From NCBI RefSeq assembly GCF_041447285.1, contig NZ_JBGMEB010000026.1, positions 1-64,000 on the forward strand: DNA of 64,000 nucleotides, written 5' to 3'. This stretch comes from Methanomethylovorans sp. GTDB taxonomy: Archaea > Halobacteriota > Methanosarcinia > Methanosarcinales > Methanosarcinaceae. The notes beneath the pieces are model-generated. The model worked only from the letters and a program-made list of their open reading frames with translations, did no database searches and was not told the DNA's origin. This document shows positions 10,023 through 19,516 of the stretch, one piece after another. Position 1 is the first letter of the stretch, and each line of letters starts with the position of its first letter. A program made the translations under genes and the position numbers.

Positions 10023-11309
10023 TCACTCAAGCTTTTTTCCGCACTGGCTGCAGAAACTCGCCTCTGCAGGAATTGTGGAGCCACACCCGGAACACCGCTT
10101 TACAGCAGAGCCACCTTTTGAACTTGCAGCACCCATCAAACCCGCATCCAGTTCATGTCTTCTGTAGGCATCAGCGCGCTCCCGGTCTTCGACATCCATC
10201 ATAAAGGAAACCTTATCTTCCTTTGCCATAACCTCACTCTGTTTTACTTTGGCAAGGGCTTCTAACTGCTCTGATGACAGTTTTGCGTACTCTCTGCCTT
10301 CACTTATGGTCTTGGCAACATCAGCACCGCCGGTACTAGTAACAGCACTGATGTAATCCATGTCCCTGTAATGCTCCCGGTCCTTCATATCCTGTTCTAC
10401 TTCAAGTTCCGCACGCATTCCTTTTGCCTTTGAGATATGCAGTTGATCTTTAAGTGCTATGGCATCTAAGGCTTCTTTCATATCTGTTTCATGGCGCAGC
10501 CTTTCAAGTTCCAACCGGGCTTCTTCTTCTTTCAGGCGTTCCTCACGGACAAATTCACTTCTTACGGCTGTTGGAGCTTGTGATGCCCGTACCTGTGCTA
10601 CATCTACCCGCCCAAAGCGCTCGTATTTTCCTTCTTCTCCAAGTGTCTTAAGCTCAGCAAGTTCTTCTTCAGTCTGGAACTGGTTAGTTGCCTCCATAAC
10701 CCTGCCGTATGATCCCAGGTCCCATTGTATTGTATACCTGAGCATTTCCAGCCCCCACATTTCCAACGTAGAACGCAGCTTCATTTCCAGTTCGTTCTCC
10801 AGACGCATCCGCAGTTCCCTATTACCATAGATGTTCTCTATGTTCTCGGTCCTGACCTCCGGCTCAAGTACAAGCGTGATGACCTCGCTTTCCAGGCGTT
10901 TGTAGACATCCTGCACACTTAAACTCCGCTCTCCATCTTTATCAGATGTCGTGTAGGCGAAGATCATCTGGAACAAACGTTTTATCTCCATGACCCTGAA
11001 CCTGAGCACGCCACTACACGATAAGCTCTGGTTGTCTGCTGTCCAGAGTTTTGAACATTTCCATTGCAGGTCTTTAGGTGATGTATCTATAAGGGCAACA
11101 TCCACATCCTTGCGGATAGTGCCGGGACTTAGCAAACCACCCACACTTAGTTTCCCACTTTCGATAACTTCCTCTATCTCCCCTTCCTTGATCAGCACAC
11201 CTTTTTCGTTTGGAGAGAGGATCACAGATTTTCTGAAAAACCCATCCACGTTCTTCTTTGGAACTACCCTAGCTAATTCATCTGGCTGTCTTTTCCATTT
11301 GAAGGCCAT
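10023..11309 (-). CDS. SPFH/band-7 (flotillin-like) domain protein with coiled-coil region and C-terminal zinc ribbon
   Basis: The N-terminal pattern resembles the SPFH core (SVILSPNEKGVLIKEGEI...SGVLRFRV). A long E/R/K-rich coiled coil follows. The C-terminus CSGCGSTIPAEASFCSQCGKKLE is near-identical in pattern to the tail of the adjacent gene. Confidence 0.5.
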   Translation of the reverse strand: MAFKWKRQPDELARVVPKKNVDGFFRKSVILSPNEKGVLIKEGEIEEVIESGKLSVGGLLSPGTIRKDVDVALIDTSPKDLQWKCSKLWTADNQSLSCSGVLRFRVMEIKRLFQMIFAYTTSDKDGERSLSVQDVYKRLESEVITLVLEPEVRTENIENIYGNRELRMRLENELEMKLRSTLEMWGLEMLRYTIQWDLGSYGRVMEATNQFQTEEELAELKTLGEEGKYERFGRVDVAQVRASQAPTAVRSEFVREERLKEEEARLELERLRHETDMKEALDAIALKDQLHISKAKGMRAELEVEQDMKDREHYRDMDYISAVTSTGGADVAKTISEGREYAKLSSEQLEALAKVKQSEVMAKEDKVSFMMDVEDRERADAYRRHELDAGLMGAASSKGGSAVKRCSGCGSTIPAEASFCSQCGKKLE

Positions 11310-11426
11310 TTGTGTTCCCCCACACTATTCTATAATTATTAATCGGTAAAGATTATATATATGGTTTTGCCAAAGTATTAAATGGTAAACATTTGTGGGA
11401 AATGACAACTTCCAAAGGGAGTTAAC

Positions 11427-11582
11427 ATGAACAGATCATATCCTGTGAGCGCGAGGGTTTCTGAGGATATCAACCAGTATCTTGAAAAACTGGTGAATTC
11501 CGGACAGGCTATCAATAAATCTGAGGCTGTAAAGCTGTGCATCAGATATGCCAAGCAGATGAAGATGGAGGAGGTCATATAA
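11427..11582 (+). CDS. small (51 aa) ribbon-helix-helix (CopG/Arc/MetJ-like) DNA-binding protein
   Basis: This ORF is not in the track. Its translation is MNRSYPVSARVSEDINQYLEKLVNSGQAINKSEAVKLCIRYAKQMKMEEVI. The strand-helix-helix pattern is present. Its stop abuts the GTG start of the next gene, which is preceded by a GGAGGAGG SD. Confidence 0.45.
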   Translation: MNRSYPVSARVSEDINQYLEKLVNSGQAINKSEAVKLCIRYAKQMKMEEVI

Positions 11583-12152
11583 GTGGAGATCAACAACCCT
11601 TTCAAGAAAGTGTCACCTGATGAGCTCAAAACCAAACTTGCCATTTCGGAACAAAGGCTCTCAGCCAGAGAGAAAGAACTGGTCAAAAAGAAAAATAAAG
11701 CACGTGAAGAAGCAAAGAATGCACTTTCTGAAGGCAACGACAGAGAATTCAGAGTGGCTTCAAGGCGCTATTCTCTGGTGGACGGGCAGGTAAATACCAT
11801 TGGCAGCATGGTGGAAATGGCGCAGTCCATGACCGATGTTATAGAAATGCAAACTGGTCTTAAAGAAGTCGTAGAGATCGGCCAGGACCTGGGCAAATGG
11901 CAGAAACAATTGGGATTTGACACGAATAAGATGGAAAGTGCCATCACGAACATTCGTACCTCTATGGAAAAGGTCAACACGGCTACGAGCATGATGACCT
12001 CTTCGATGGATGTTGCGATGAGCGGAAATACTGAACTGAGTGAAATGCAGGATGCTCTGCGGTCTGAACTCCTTGCAGAGCTTAGTGGTGAAAAGGCATC
12101 AGAGGATAAGCTTTCAAAGAAGATAGAGTCGGAGCTATCTGAAAGCAAATAA
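11583..12152 (+). CDS. ESCRT-III / Snf7-family (PspA/Vipp1 superfamily) coiled-coil protein
   Basis: 189 aa with a basic N-terminal helix (KELVKKKNKAREEAKNALSEGNDREFRVASRRY) followed by QVNTIGSMVEMAQSMTDVIEMQTGLKEVVEIGQDLGKW. This follows the Snf7 (PF03357) helix alpha1-alpha4 pattern. The C-terminus is acidic. Confidence 0.6.
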   Translation: MEINNPFKKVSPDELKTKLAISEQRLSAREKELVKKKNKAREEAKNALSEGNDREFRVASRRYSLVDGQVNTIGSMVEMAQSMTDVIEMQTGLKEVVEIGQDLGKWQKQLGFDTNKMESAITNIRTSMEKVNTATSMMTSSMDVAMSGNTELSEMQDALRSELLAELSGEKASEDKLSKKIESELSESK

Positions 12153-12180
12153 ATTTATTTTGTTAACTTGAGGTGCTAAC

Positions 12181-13344
12181 TTGGCTGCATCAAGTTCCAT
12201 GGCGGCAGAGGCTCGGGGATACGCCAGAGTGGCAAAGGAGCTGGAAGACTCCGGAGAGCTGGAACGGGCACGTACTTTGTATCTCAAAGCTGCGAAGCTG
12301 TACAATGAAGCGTCTAAAACAACAGATGATGCTACAGACAGAAACATCCAGAGAGATCTGGCTGAACATCTGCTGGAAAGAGCACAGTCTATAAGACAGA
12401 CAGAAGTACAGCATTCTGGCAAAGAAAGAGGAAAAGGAAATGGTGATGAAAGTTCTCTCTCTAAAGAGGACCTTTTTCTCAAACAGATCCCGGATGTGGG
12501 CTTTGCTGATATAGGCGGCCTGGAGAACGTAAAGGAAGAAATCAGAAAGTCTATCATATATCCCTTCACTCATAAAGAGCTGTACAAGTTGTACGGGCAG
12601 AAGGCAGGAGAAGGCATATTACTATATGGCCCTCCAGGTTGTGGAAAGACCATGATGGCTAAGGCTGCTGCAAAAGAATGTGGTGCTGATTTCATAAGTG
12701 TCAAGACCAGCAGTATAGTAAGCAAATGGGTGGGAGCTTCAGAGAAGAATATAAAGCAGGTATTTGATACCGCCAGAGGCAGTGAAAGAGCTATAATATT
12801 TTTCGACGAGATAGATTCCATTGCAGTGCGGCGTAGTGAAAGTGAGGATTATGCAAAACGTGTGGTTAATGAGTTGCTGGCGCAGATGGATGGAGTGGAT
12901 ACTTCACATGACAATCTGCTTGTGCTTGCTGCGACAAACGAACCCTGGGCTATAGATCCGGCTTTGCGAAGGCCGGGACGCTTCAGTAAACTGGTATTCA
13001 TTCCCGAACCTGATATGGAAGCAAGGATGGCTATTTTCGGCATACAGCTTAAGAAGCGTCCTATTGCAGAGGATGTGAACGTGCAGGAACTTGCACGCGT
13101 CACAGGATCTTATTCAGGTGCGGATATCTCTGCCATCTGCAAAGAAGCTGCGGATATTCCTCTGGGTGAGGCATTAAGAGGAGGAAAACCACGCAAAATA
13201 AAGATGCAGGATTTCCTGCAGGCGATAAAGCAGAGGAAACCTTCCATTCTCAGCTGGTACATTGAGGCAAAGGATCAGATCATGGACACCGGAGAAACAG
13301 ATGCTTTTGAGGATATTCTTAAAAGAGAACTGGATGCAAGGTGA
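12181..13344 (+). CDS. Vps4/CdvC-like AAA+ ATPase with N-terminal MIT domain
   Basis: The N-terminus AEARGYARVAKELEDSGELERARTLYLKAAKLYNEA...LAEHLLERAQSIRQ is a three-helix MIT-like bundle. The AAA core has GPPGCGKT. The motifs SSIVSKWVGASEK, NEPWAIDPALRRPGRF and DFLQAIKQRKPSI closely parallel meiotic-clade Vps4 motifs. Confidence 0.75.
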   Translation: MAASSSMAAEARGYARVAKELEDSGELERARTLYLKAAKLYNEASKTTDDATDRNIQRDLAEHLLERAQSIRQTEVQHSGKERGKGNGDESSLSKEDLFLKQIPDVGFADIGGLENVKEEIRKSIIYPFTHKELYKLYGQKAGEGILLYGPPGCGKTMMAKAAAKECGADFISVKTSSIVSKWVGASEKNIKQVFDTARGSERAIIFFDEIDSIAVRRSESEDYAKRVVNELLAQMDGVDTSHDNLLVLAATNEPWAIDPALRRPGRFSKLVFIPEPDMEARMAIFGIQLKKRPIAEDVNVQELARVTGSYSGADISAICKEAADIPLGEALRGGKPRKIKMQDFLQAIKQRKPSILSWYIEAKDQIMDTGETDAFEDILKRELDAR

Positions 13345-13395
13345 ATAGTTACTAAAAGATCAGATTAGACAATAAGATAAACGGGGAGTGGAGAT

Positions 13396-14706
13396 ATGAC
13401 AGCAGTTGAAGAGCCAGCGGAGCTACAGGCAAGGAACAGGAAAACTGTTCAGGAACATCTGGAGCAAGCATATGCTGCTGTAGACGGATTGATCAGAAAA
13501 AGTTATAGCAGGCATGATATGGAAACAACATCCCTTCTAAGGGACCTGAGGTCTAATATCAATAACCTGCTTCCGGAGATCAGATCTTCCGGCCTTGATA
13601 CATTCCACAGCAGGAAAGGTAACTTAGACGATTTTTATGCTTCAGAGAAACGCTTCATTGAGAGTTCAGAAAGATTCTACCAAACTGTAACTTCCTCTTC
13701 TGAGGACATAGATGTTTTTAAATTGCAGCAGCTGCTCACAGCAATACAGAGAAATTTCAGGGAGATAATACCTGTTTCTGATGACGTGGTAAAGGATTTC
13801 AAGATTAGGGCAGGCATCAGTGTTGTTAGCGAGCCGGTCAAAGAGACCTCTGCTACTGTAAAAGCTTTCGGGATCTGTAGAGAAGTTCCAACAAATGCAG
13901 AAATATCTTCAGGCCCCTCTACTATGGAGATATTCGGCATCCACAGGGAAACACCAATAGATACAAGAACTTCTCCTACTGGTCAGAGCATGGGCATACC
14001 TATGGCCAGCAGTTCATATAATGTGACTATAGAGCCGGATGGCAGAGAACTTCCACCTCATCTGCTTGCCAGCCTATATAGTTATTTTAACTTACTGGAA
14101 CAGAAGTATTCAACCAACCATCCTGAAATATCAGCAAATGATGTGTACATTGGGGACAAGAGATGGGAATTTGAAAAAGGGGAGAGATACATAAGAGGAT
14201 ACATATACGATAGCCTTTTCAGTAAAACTATTACTTTTTATACTGTATTCAAGCCTTTTGAGAGCCTTAAACAAATAACTGAGTTCATGCAGAAAGAAGC
14301 GGACAGGGTACCATCCGGGCAATATCTCAGCCTCTGTGTAGTGGGTGTTGAGTGGCCAGAAGACATTATAAAATGGGCAGCATCTTTCTTTCATCTGCGA
14401 ATGTCGCTTTTCATTTATGATCTTGCAACAGGTGTTTTTTGTTTTAACAAAGAGCTGAAACAATCAGAAAGATTTGCTTTCTGGCACAATATGGATAAGG
14501 AAACTTCCAAATTGTATGACCAGCTTCTTGAAATACTTGAACAATATGGAGCTATAAGCATTGTTGAAGCTTCAAAGGAACTGGGAATGGAACAGAAAAG
14601 CACTGCAGAGTATTTTAAGAAGCTTTTAAAGGCAGGAGCGCTTGTGGATGTAGGATTTGGAGAACACAAATATGCTCTTTCCATATCAGCATCAAAAAAG
14701 GATTGA
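13396..14706 (+). CDS. hypothetical protein with C-terminal winged-helix-like domain, fourth gene of the ESCRT-like operon
   Basis: The 436-aa body is of unknown function. The C-terminus EQYGAISIVEASKELGMEQKSTAEYFKKLLKAGALVDVG resembles a wH DNA/protein-binding module. Confidence 0.4.
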   Translation: MTAVEEPAELQARNRKTVQEHLEQAYAAVDGLIRKSYSRHDMETTSLLRDLRSNINNLLPEIRSSGLDTFHSRKGNLDDFYASEKRFIESSERFYQTVTSSSEDIDVFKLQQLLTAIQRNFREIIPVSDDVVKDFKIRAGISVVSEPVKETSATVKAFGICREVPTNAEISSGPSTMEIFGIHRETPIDTRTSPTGQSMGIPMASSSYNVTIEPDGRELPPHLLASLYSYFNLLEQKYSTNHPEISANDVYIGDKRWEFEKGERYIRGYIYDSLFSKTITFYTVFKPFESLKQITEFMQKEADRVPSGQYLSLCVVGVEWPEDIIKWAASFFHLRMSLFIYDLATGVFCFNKELKQSERFAFWHNMDKETSKLYDQLLEILEQYGAISIVEASKELGMEQKSTAEYFKKLLKAGALVDVGFGEHKYALSISASKKD

Positions 14707-14798
14707 AACTACAGTTTCAAGAATGATATCACGGATGAACTTTGAATAGAATCAAGAATAAGAAATAGAAAATATAAAAGTGAATGATCCTAGCAGGA

Positions 14799-15191
14799 TC
14801 ACTCTTCGGTCTTGCCGCCACCGACGATCTCTTCGATGGACTTTTCGCCGTACTCAACAACCTTGGTGTTGATCTGGATGATATCAGGAGAGATTTCCTT
14901 TCCGTGCATCATCTTTCTGCGGCGCATGCCATTGGCCTTAGGCACATAACCCACACCAGTAGCAACAAGAATTCTCTTTCTCTTTGGTCCTGGAAGGTCT
15001 GGTCTCATGACCATTCCACTCTTGTCACTTCCACCGGTGATCAAGAGCTTGTATCCTGCAAGACCAACTACAGAGCCATCAATATCCTGGCCTATTGCCT
15101 TTCCGATGAACTTATTTGCTTCAGGACCCTTCACATCGAATTGATAGCTCTTTGTTTTTGGATCTGAAACGACTACTTTAAAATCTGCCAA
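14799..15191 (-). CDS. rps6e: 30S ribosomal protein S6e
   Basis: [17 protein letters not shown]...[13 protein letters not shown]...MRRRKMMHG is diagnostic of S6e. Confidence 0.9.
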   Translation of the reverse strand: MADFKVVVSDPKTKSYQFDVKGPEANKFIGKAIGQDIDGSVVGLAGYKLLITGGSDKSGMVMRPDLPGPKRKRILVATGVGYVPKANGMRRRKMMHGKEISPDIIQINTKVVEYGEKSIEEIVGGGKTEE

Positions 15192-15249
15192 CTTTATTCC
15201 TCCGAATTGTTATAAATCCTTGTAATTTATGCAATATGATATCTGTTCT

Positions 15250-17025
15250 TCACTTTGCCCAAAATGGGTTTTCTTTCCTCTTAAGCTCCAAGAATGCATC
15301 TAAAGCTTCCACTTCATCCGCAGAAAGAGAATCACATATTTCATGCTCGAGTATCTTTGCATGCCTTTCAGGCACATTCACGTAAAGAATATCTTCCTCT
15401 TTTATCTGGCGTCCGACCGTAGGTCCTTCAATTGCCATGGCTACTTCCATTCCTGTTCTTGCAGAACCTATGTTTTCGCCTCTTAATTGCAAACCTTTGA
15501 CCTTGCCAATGACCACACCATCAGCATTAGTGAGGTCAACATTTGTCCTCACGATACCAGATCTGATCTTTACTCCGACAACTGCGGGCTTACTCTGTCT
15601 GAAAATACAGTCACGCATTATCTGGAAGACAGCGGGTTTGATAATAGTCTCTGAAATATTCTTTTCAGAGAGTTCTTTCTGCTCTTCTATCCAATCCTTA
15701 TAGTCGTCAATGAGCCTGTATATAACATCATTCACAAACAACTTGATGTTAGACAGCTGAGCTTTTTCTCTGGCATCCGGTAGTATCTTTACGTTGAATC
15801 CCACAAGCACTGAGTATTGCGGGTCCTCTATAGCTGAGACTTCAACTATATCACGATGCGTAATGTCGCCGACATCAGCTTTCCTTATAGGGATCTCCTC
15901 TTTTTGAAGCTCATTAACAAGAGCTTCGAGGGATCCAATGGTATCGGCTTTGATAGTGATACCCATTGCATCGGTGTCAATGTGTACCGCATCTACTTCC
16001 TGCTTAATATCCTGAACGATCTTGTCAAGGGTTTCCGGAGTGGCAACTCTTAAAGGAGTACCTGCAAGGGCTCCATCCAGATTAGGGGCCGAGATCTTTA
16101 TACCAGCAGCTGCAATTACCTTATCGATCTGCTGGAACTTTTCTTCGGATTTGATCTCAGACAATGGCCTGGGCTTTAGGATAGCCCTCACTTTTGTCTG
16201 TATCGGCTCACCGAGGCTTCCAATTACAATAGTATCGCCTTTTTGCAGCATACCGTCATAAAGTATCAGATCAACAGTGGTACCGAGACCACGTTCTTCC
16301 TTCACTTCAAGTACGGTTCCTACTCCAGGACCAGTTGCATCATACTGCAGATTTGCTTCCAGGAATTTCTGTGCAAGCCCAAGCAATACCATCAATACAT
16401 CAGCTATTCCTTCTCCGGTCTGGCCACTAATAGGAATAACGCCTATTGTGCGCTGGAAATCCTTTATCCTGTCATAACGGTCAGCATTGAACCCGACATT
16501 ATAAAGTTCACCTATGACCTCATAGAATTTATTGTCAAGATACCCTTTCACATGTTCAGCCTGTTTATTATAGCTTACAAGGAAAGGAGCATTTGGTGTG
16601 GAGTTCCAACCATGTATCCTGTCGATCTTATTGGCTACGACCACAAAAGGAGTTTTGAAGCGCTTTAGGATCTGCAGGCTTTCTATGGTCTGTGGCTTGA
16701 AACCTTCATTGATGTCAACGACAACAATAGCAAGATCAGCGAGCGCTCCTCCGCGACTGCGCAGAGATGTGAACGCGTGATGACCAGGCGTATCGATGAA
16801 CAGCAACCCCGGCACTAGAAACCTTTCCCTTAAGGAAGGATTACCACATTTCTCAACAATTACATCTATAGGCACTTCAGTAGCACCAATATGCTGGGTA
16901 ATTGCGCCTGCTTCACCGGCAGCTACCGAACTTCCCCGTATCCTATCAAGCAGCGTGGTCTTCCCGTGGTCTACGTGCCCCATCACAGATACAATTGGAG
17001 TTCGTAAATTCTTTTTATCTACCAT
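15250..17025 (-). CDS. infB: translation initiation factor aIF5B (IF-2 homolog)
   Basis: The GTPase motifs are VMGHVDHGKTTLLD and DTPGH. The protein is 591 aa in the archaeal conserved context. Confidence 0.9.
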   Translation of the reverse strand: MVDKKNLRTPIVSVMGHVDHGKTTLLDRIRGSSVAAGEAGAITQHIGATEVPIDVIVEKCGNPSLRERFLVPGLLFIDTPGHHAFTSLRSRGGALADLAIVVVDINEGFKPQTIESLQILKRFKTPFVVVANKIDRIHGWNSTPNAPFLVSYNKQAEHVKGYLDNKFYEVIGELYNVGFNADRYDRIKDFQRTIGVIPISGQTGEGIADVLMVLLGLAQKFLEANLQYDATGPGVGTVLEVKEERGLGTTVDLILYDGMLQKGDTIVIGSLGEPIQTKVRAILKPRPLSEIKSEEKFQQIDKVIAAAGIKISAPNLDGALAGTPLRVATPETLDKIVQDIKQEVDAVHIDTDAMGITIKADTIGSLEALVNELQKEEIPIRKADVGDITHRDIVEVSAIEDPQYSVLVGFNVKILPDAREKAQLSNIKLFVNDVIYRLIDDYKDWIEEQKELSEKNISETIIKPAVFQIMRDCIFRQSKPAVVGVKIRSGIVRTNVDLTNADGVVIGKVKGLQLRGENIGSARTGMEVAMAIEGPTVGRQIKEEDILYVNVPERHAKILEHEICDSLSADEVEALDAFLELKRKENPFWAK

Positions 17026-17134
17026 GAGAAACCCCTCGATTATTGTTCTTAAGATGTGTGGAATATAGGGAGCAGGTTATTCTCCATACTGATCACAAAA
17101 ATGATCCTGTAGGTGAAAACCATTCTATCCCAGC

Positions 17135-17584
17135 TTACTCATATAACCATGCTTCATCTATCTTCTTGTAACCTGTGATCTCATTATCCTTAAAATGAAT
17201 GGAGATCTCACGCTTTGCGGCCTCAGGTGAATCGGAAGCATGCACAATGTTCCTTCCGGTCTCAACTGCAAAATCGCCGCGGATAGTACCAGGCAATGCA
17301 TTCACCGGATTGGTTGCTCCATTGATGCTCCTCATGATCGCGATGGAATTCTTACCTTCGATGACCATGGATACAGATGGGCCGGAGGTGACATAATCTA
17401 TAAGAGAAGGGAAGAAGGGCTTTTCGGAGTGCTCCTTGTAATGCTCCTTAGCACTGTCCTTATCCATGACATTCATACGCATGGCTGCTATCTTGAGCCC
17501 TTTTCTCTCAATCCTTAAGATGACCTCGCCTATCAGACCTCTCTGTACAGCGTCTGGCTTTATCATCACATAAGTCTGTTCCAT
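17135..17584 (-). CDS. ndk: nucleoside diphosphate kinase
   Basis: MEQTYVMIKPDAVQRGLIGEVI...NIVHASDSPE is the NDK signature, including the active-site His. Confidence 0.9.
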   Translation of the reverse strand: MEQTYVMIKPDAVQRGLIGEVILRIERKGLKIAAMRMNVMDKDSAKEHYKEHSEKPFFPSLIDYVTSGPSVSMVIEGKNSIAIMRSINGATNPVNALPGTIRGDFAVETGRNIVHASDSPEAAKREISIHFKDNEITGYKKIDEAWLYE

Positions 17585-17596
17585 TTTGACACCGAC

Positions 17597-17785
17597 TTAG
17601 GCTTTTTTGAGGTAGACTCTGCCCTGCTCTGTCCAAATGGTACGCCTTGGAAGCCTTCCAAGCATAAAGTTGTTCTCGCACTTGGATGAACAGAAATAAT
17701 ATGTAGATCCGTCTTTCTTGGCGAACAACTTTCCAGTACCTGGCTCGAGTAACTCACCGCAGAAAGAACACTTTCTCTGCTCCAT
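17597..17785 (-). CDS. rpl24e: 50S ribosomal protein L24e
   Basis: [31 protein letters not shown] is the zinc-binding L24e motif. Confidence 0.9.
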   Translation of the reverse strand: MEQRKCSFCGELLEPGTGKLFAKKDGSTYYFCSSKCENNFMLGRLPRRTIWTEQGRVYLKKA

Positions 17786-17791
17786 TTTACA

Positions 17792-18007
17792 TCACCTTGT
17801 AGTAAGCTTCTTTGCTTCCCTTGAGGTCTCCATAAGCATGAAGACGTCCCCGATCCTTACAGGGCCTACACTGTTACGGGTAATTATACGACCTTTGTCG
17901 CGGCCTTCCAGAACTCTGCACTGGATCTGGCTGGCTTCACCGTGCATACCGGTATTTCCGATAACATCGATGACCTCTGCCGCATATCCTGTATCATCAT
18001 CTGCCAT
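17792..18007 (-). CDS. rps28e: 30S ribosomal protein S28e
   Basis: [45 protein letters not shown] is S28e. Confidence 0.9.
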   Translation of the reverse strand: MADDDTGYAAEVIDVIGNTGMHGEASQIQCRVLEGRDKGRIITRNSVGPVRIGDVFMLMETSREAKKLTTR

Positions 18008-18028
18008 TGTCTATACCTCCCAAGGGGA

Positions 18029-18409
18029 TTACTTCAGGGCGTTAACCTTCTGGACTATGTCGTCAATAAGCTCTGCACCCTTTCCTGCATCTATGATGGC
18101 CACTGTTGCACAGTTTACGCCAATACCGCATGCAGCTCCAAGTTCCTTCTGCTGCTTTACAAAGATATATGGTGCATTCTTCTCTTCACATAGAACAGGG
18201 ATGTGAGCAATGATCTCTTCTGGCTGAATGTCCTCTGCGATGACTGCAAGCTTTACGATACCTCTCTCAATTGCTTTTGTTACTTCGTTGGTACCTTTCT
18301 TGAGTTTACCTGTGTCTCTTGCAAGTTCAACGCTCTCGAGGGCTTTGTCAGCGAGCTCTACTGGAATATCGAATTTTTTTGCCATGTTATTTATCTCCTT
18401 CAAAACCAT
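18029..18409 (-). CDS. rpl7ae: 50S ribosomal protein L7Ae (K-turn binding)
   Basis: The L7Ae/L30e fold motifs are [14 protein letters not shown]...[12 protein letters not shown]...[12 protein letters not shown]. It heads the conserved cluster. Confidence 0.9.
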   Translation of the reverse strand: MVLKEINNMAKKFDIPVELADKALESVELARDTGKLKKGTNEVTKAIERGIVKLAVIAEDIQPEEIIAHIPVLCEEKNAPYIFVKQQKELGAACGIGVNCATVAIIDAGKGAELIDDIVQKVNALK

Positions 18410-18643
18410 GAATATATTTCATAGTCTTTCATCATTCATTGTAGCTCCGGAATAAATCAAGCCGGAACAGATTGGCTTAATGATCTTCAACTGCCTGCGT
18501 TAGTGCCTTTAAAGAAACTTACATCAAGCGTTGGCTATCAATCGTTGCATTTATTTATATACCTTACGGCAAAATACTAACGTAGCCTGCGCAGAAGGAT
18601 TTATTAGAACAAAAGCCTTTCCGTCGAAAAATGAAAAAGAGCC

Positions 18644-19516
18644 TTAGACGAAAGGCTCAAATGCAAGGCCTAAAAGATTAGATTCATTTGCCTTTACAAC
18701 CACGGTGGTGATATTACCATCTTCTGCAATATCATAATCAAGTCCACGGCTTGAACTGTTCTCTGCAAGCGAATTGAGTTTTGTCAGAACGCTTTGGTTC
18801 AGGTCCAGGTAGATAGTTTCCCTGGCATATGTTTCGTTATCTATAGCTTTAAACTCTAGGTAGTATTGATCAGCAGTCAGCTTCTTGTCAGAACTTATGA
18901 TCTGGATCGCTGCTCCTGGCTCGGTTTTACTAAGCAAGTAGTCGAAATCATGCGAAGCCTCAGCATTACCGGAAAGGACATCCAGTACAGTCTTGACCCT
19001 TGTTTCACTACCTAATAACATTGGTGAACCAACTACGTTAGAATAATTATTGCCCCTTGACAGCAAATAATATCCATTATATGGTTCTGCTGATTGTACA
19101 TACTGGAAGTTAACAACTTCCGGATAAATGGAGTGAAGCTGGAATACTGAATCCGAACTTTTATCGATATTATTGTCGACAGCACTGAACTCTTTAGTCA
19201 CCCATACATTATATATTGCTGCCATTTGAGTCGCATTTGGCTCGAACATTTGTAACTGGCTATTGTAAACCTTAGTAAAATCAACAAATTGAGCAGATGT
19301 AATACCATCTGGACTCATTGCAATTCCATCTGCAATGGAATCAAGCTGATGATCAATATGTTCACCGGCAATGGTATCTATGCTAGGTGCCTCAATACCT
19401 GTTGTATCACTTGTAGTAGTTTTGTTGTTCTTGGACTCACCCGAAACGAAGACAGCAACTACAGACCCTAACATAATAACAACGAGAAAAATAGAAATAG
19501 CGCTCTGTTTATTCAT
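18644..19516 (-). CDS. hypothetical exported protein with N-terminal signal anchor
   Basis: N-terminal hydrophobic helix, then a Thr/Asp-rich linker and a globular region. No recognisable family. Confidence 0.45.
   Translation of the reverse strand: MNKQSAISIFLVVIMLGSVVAVFVSGESKNNKTTTSDTTGIEAPSIDTIAGEHIDHQLDSIADGIAMSPDGITSAQFVDFTKVYNSQLQMFEPNATQMAAIYNVWVTKEFSAVDNNIDKSSDSVFQLHSIYPEVVNFQYVQSAEPYNGYYLLSRGNNYSNVVGSPMLLGSETRVKTVLDVLSGNAEASHDFDYLLSKTEPGAAIQIISSDKKLTADQYYLEFKAIDNETYARETIYLDLNQSVLTKLNSLAENSSSRGLDYDIAEDGNITTVVVKANESNLLGLAFEPFV

Noticed and set aside
12135-13103. Minus-strand ORFs (12135-12569, 12190-12573, 12570-12821, 12849-13103) opposite the Vps4-like ATPase.
   Set aside because: They are antisense to a gene with unambiguous Walker A/B and MIT motifs, and are Ser/Cys-rich.
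15437-17068. + strand ORFs opposite aIF5B.
   Set aside because: They are antisense shadows of a universally conserved gene.
18410-18643. Looked for a tRNA or other structured RNA gene in the gap, using T-loop GTTCGAATC-like motifs and acceptor stems.
   Set aside because: No cloverleaf-compatible pairing found by eye. Only a short hairpin GAGCCTT...AAGGCTC overlaps the stop of 18644-19516, which is too weak to call.
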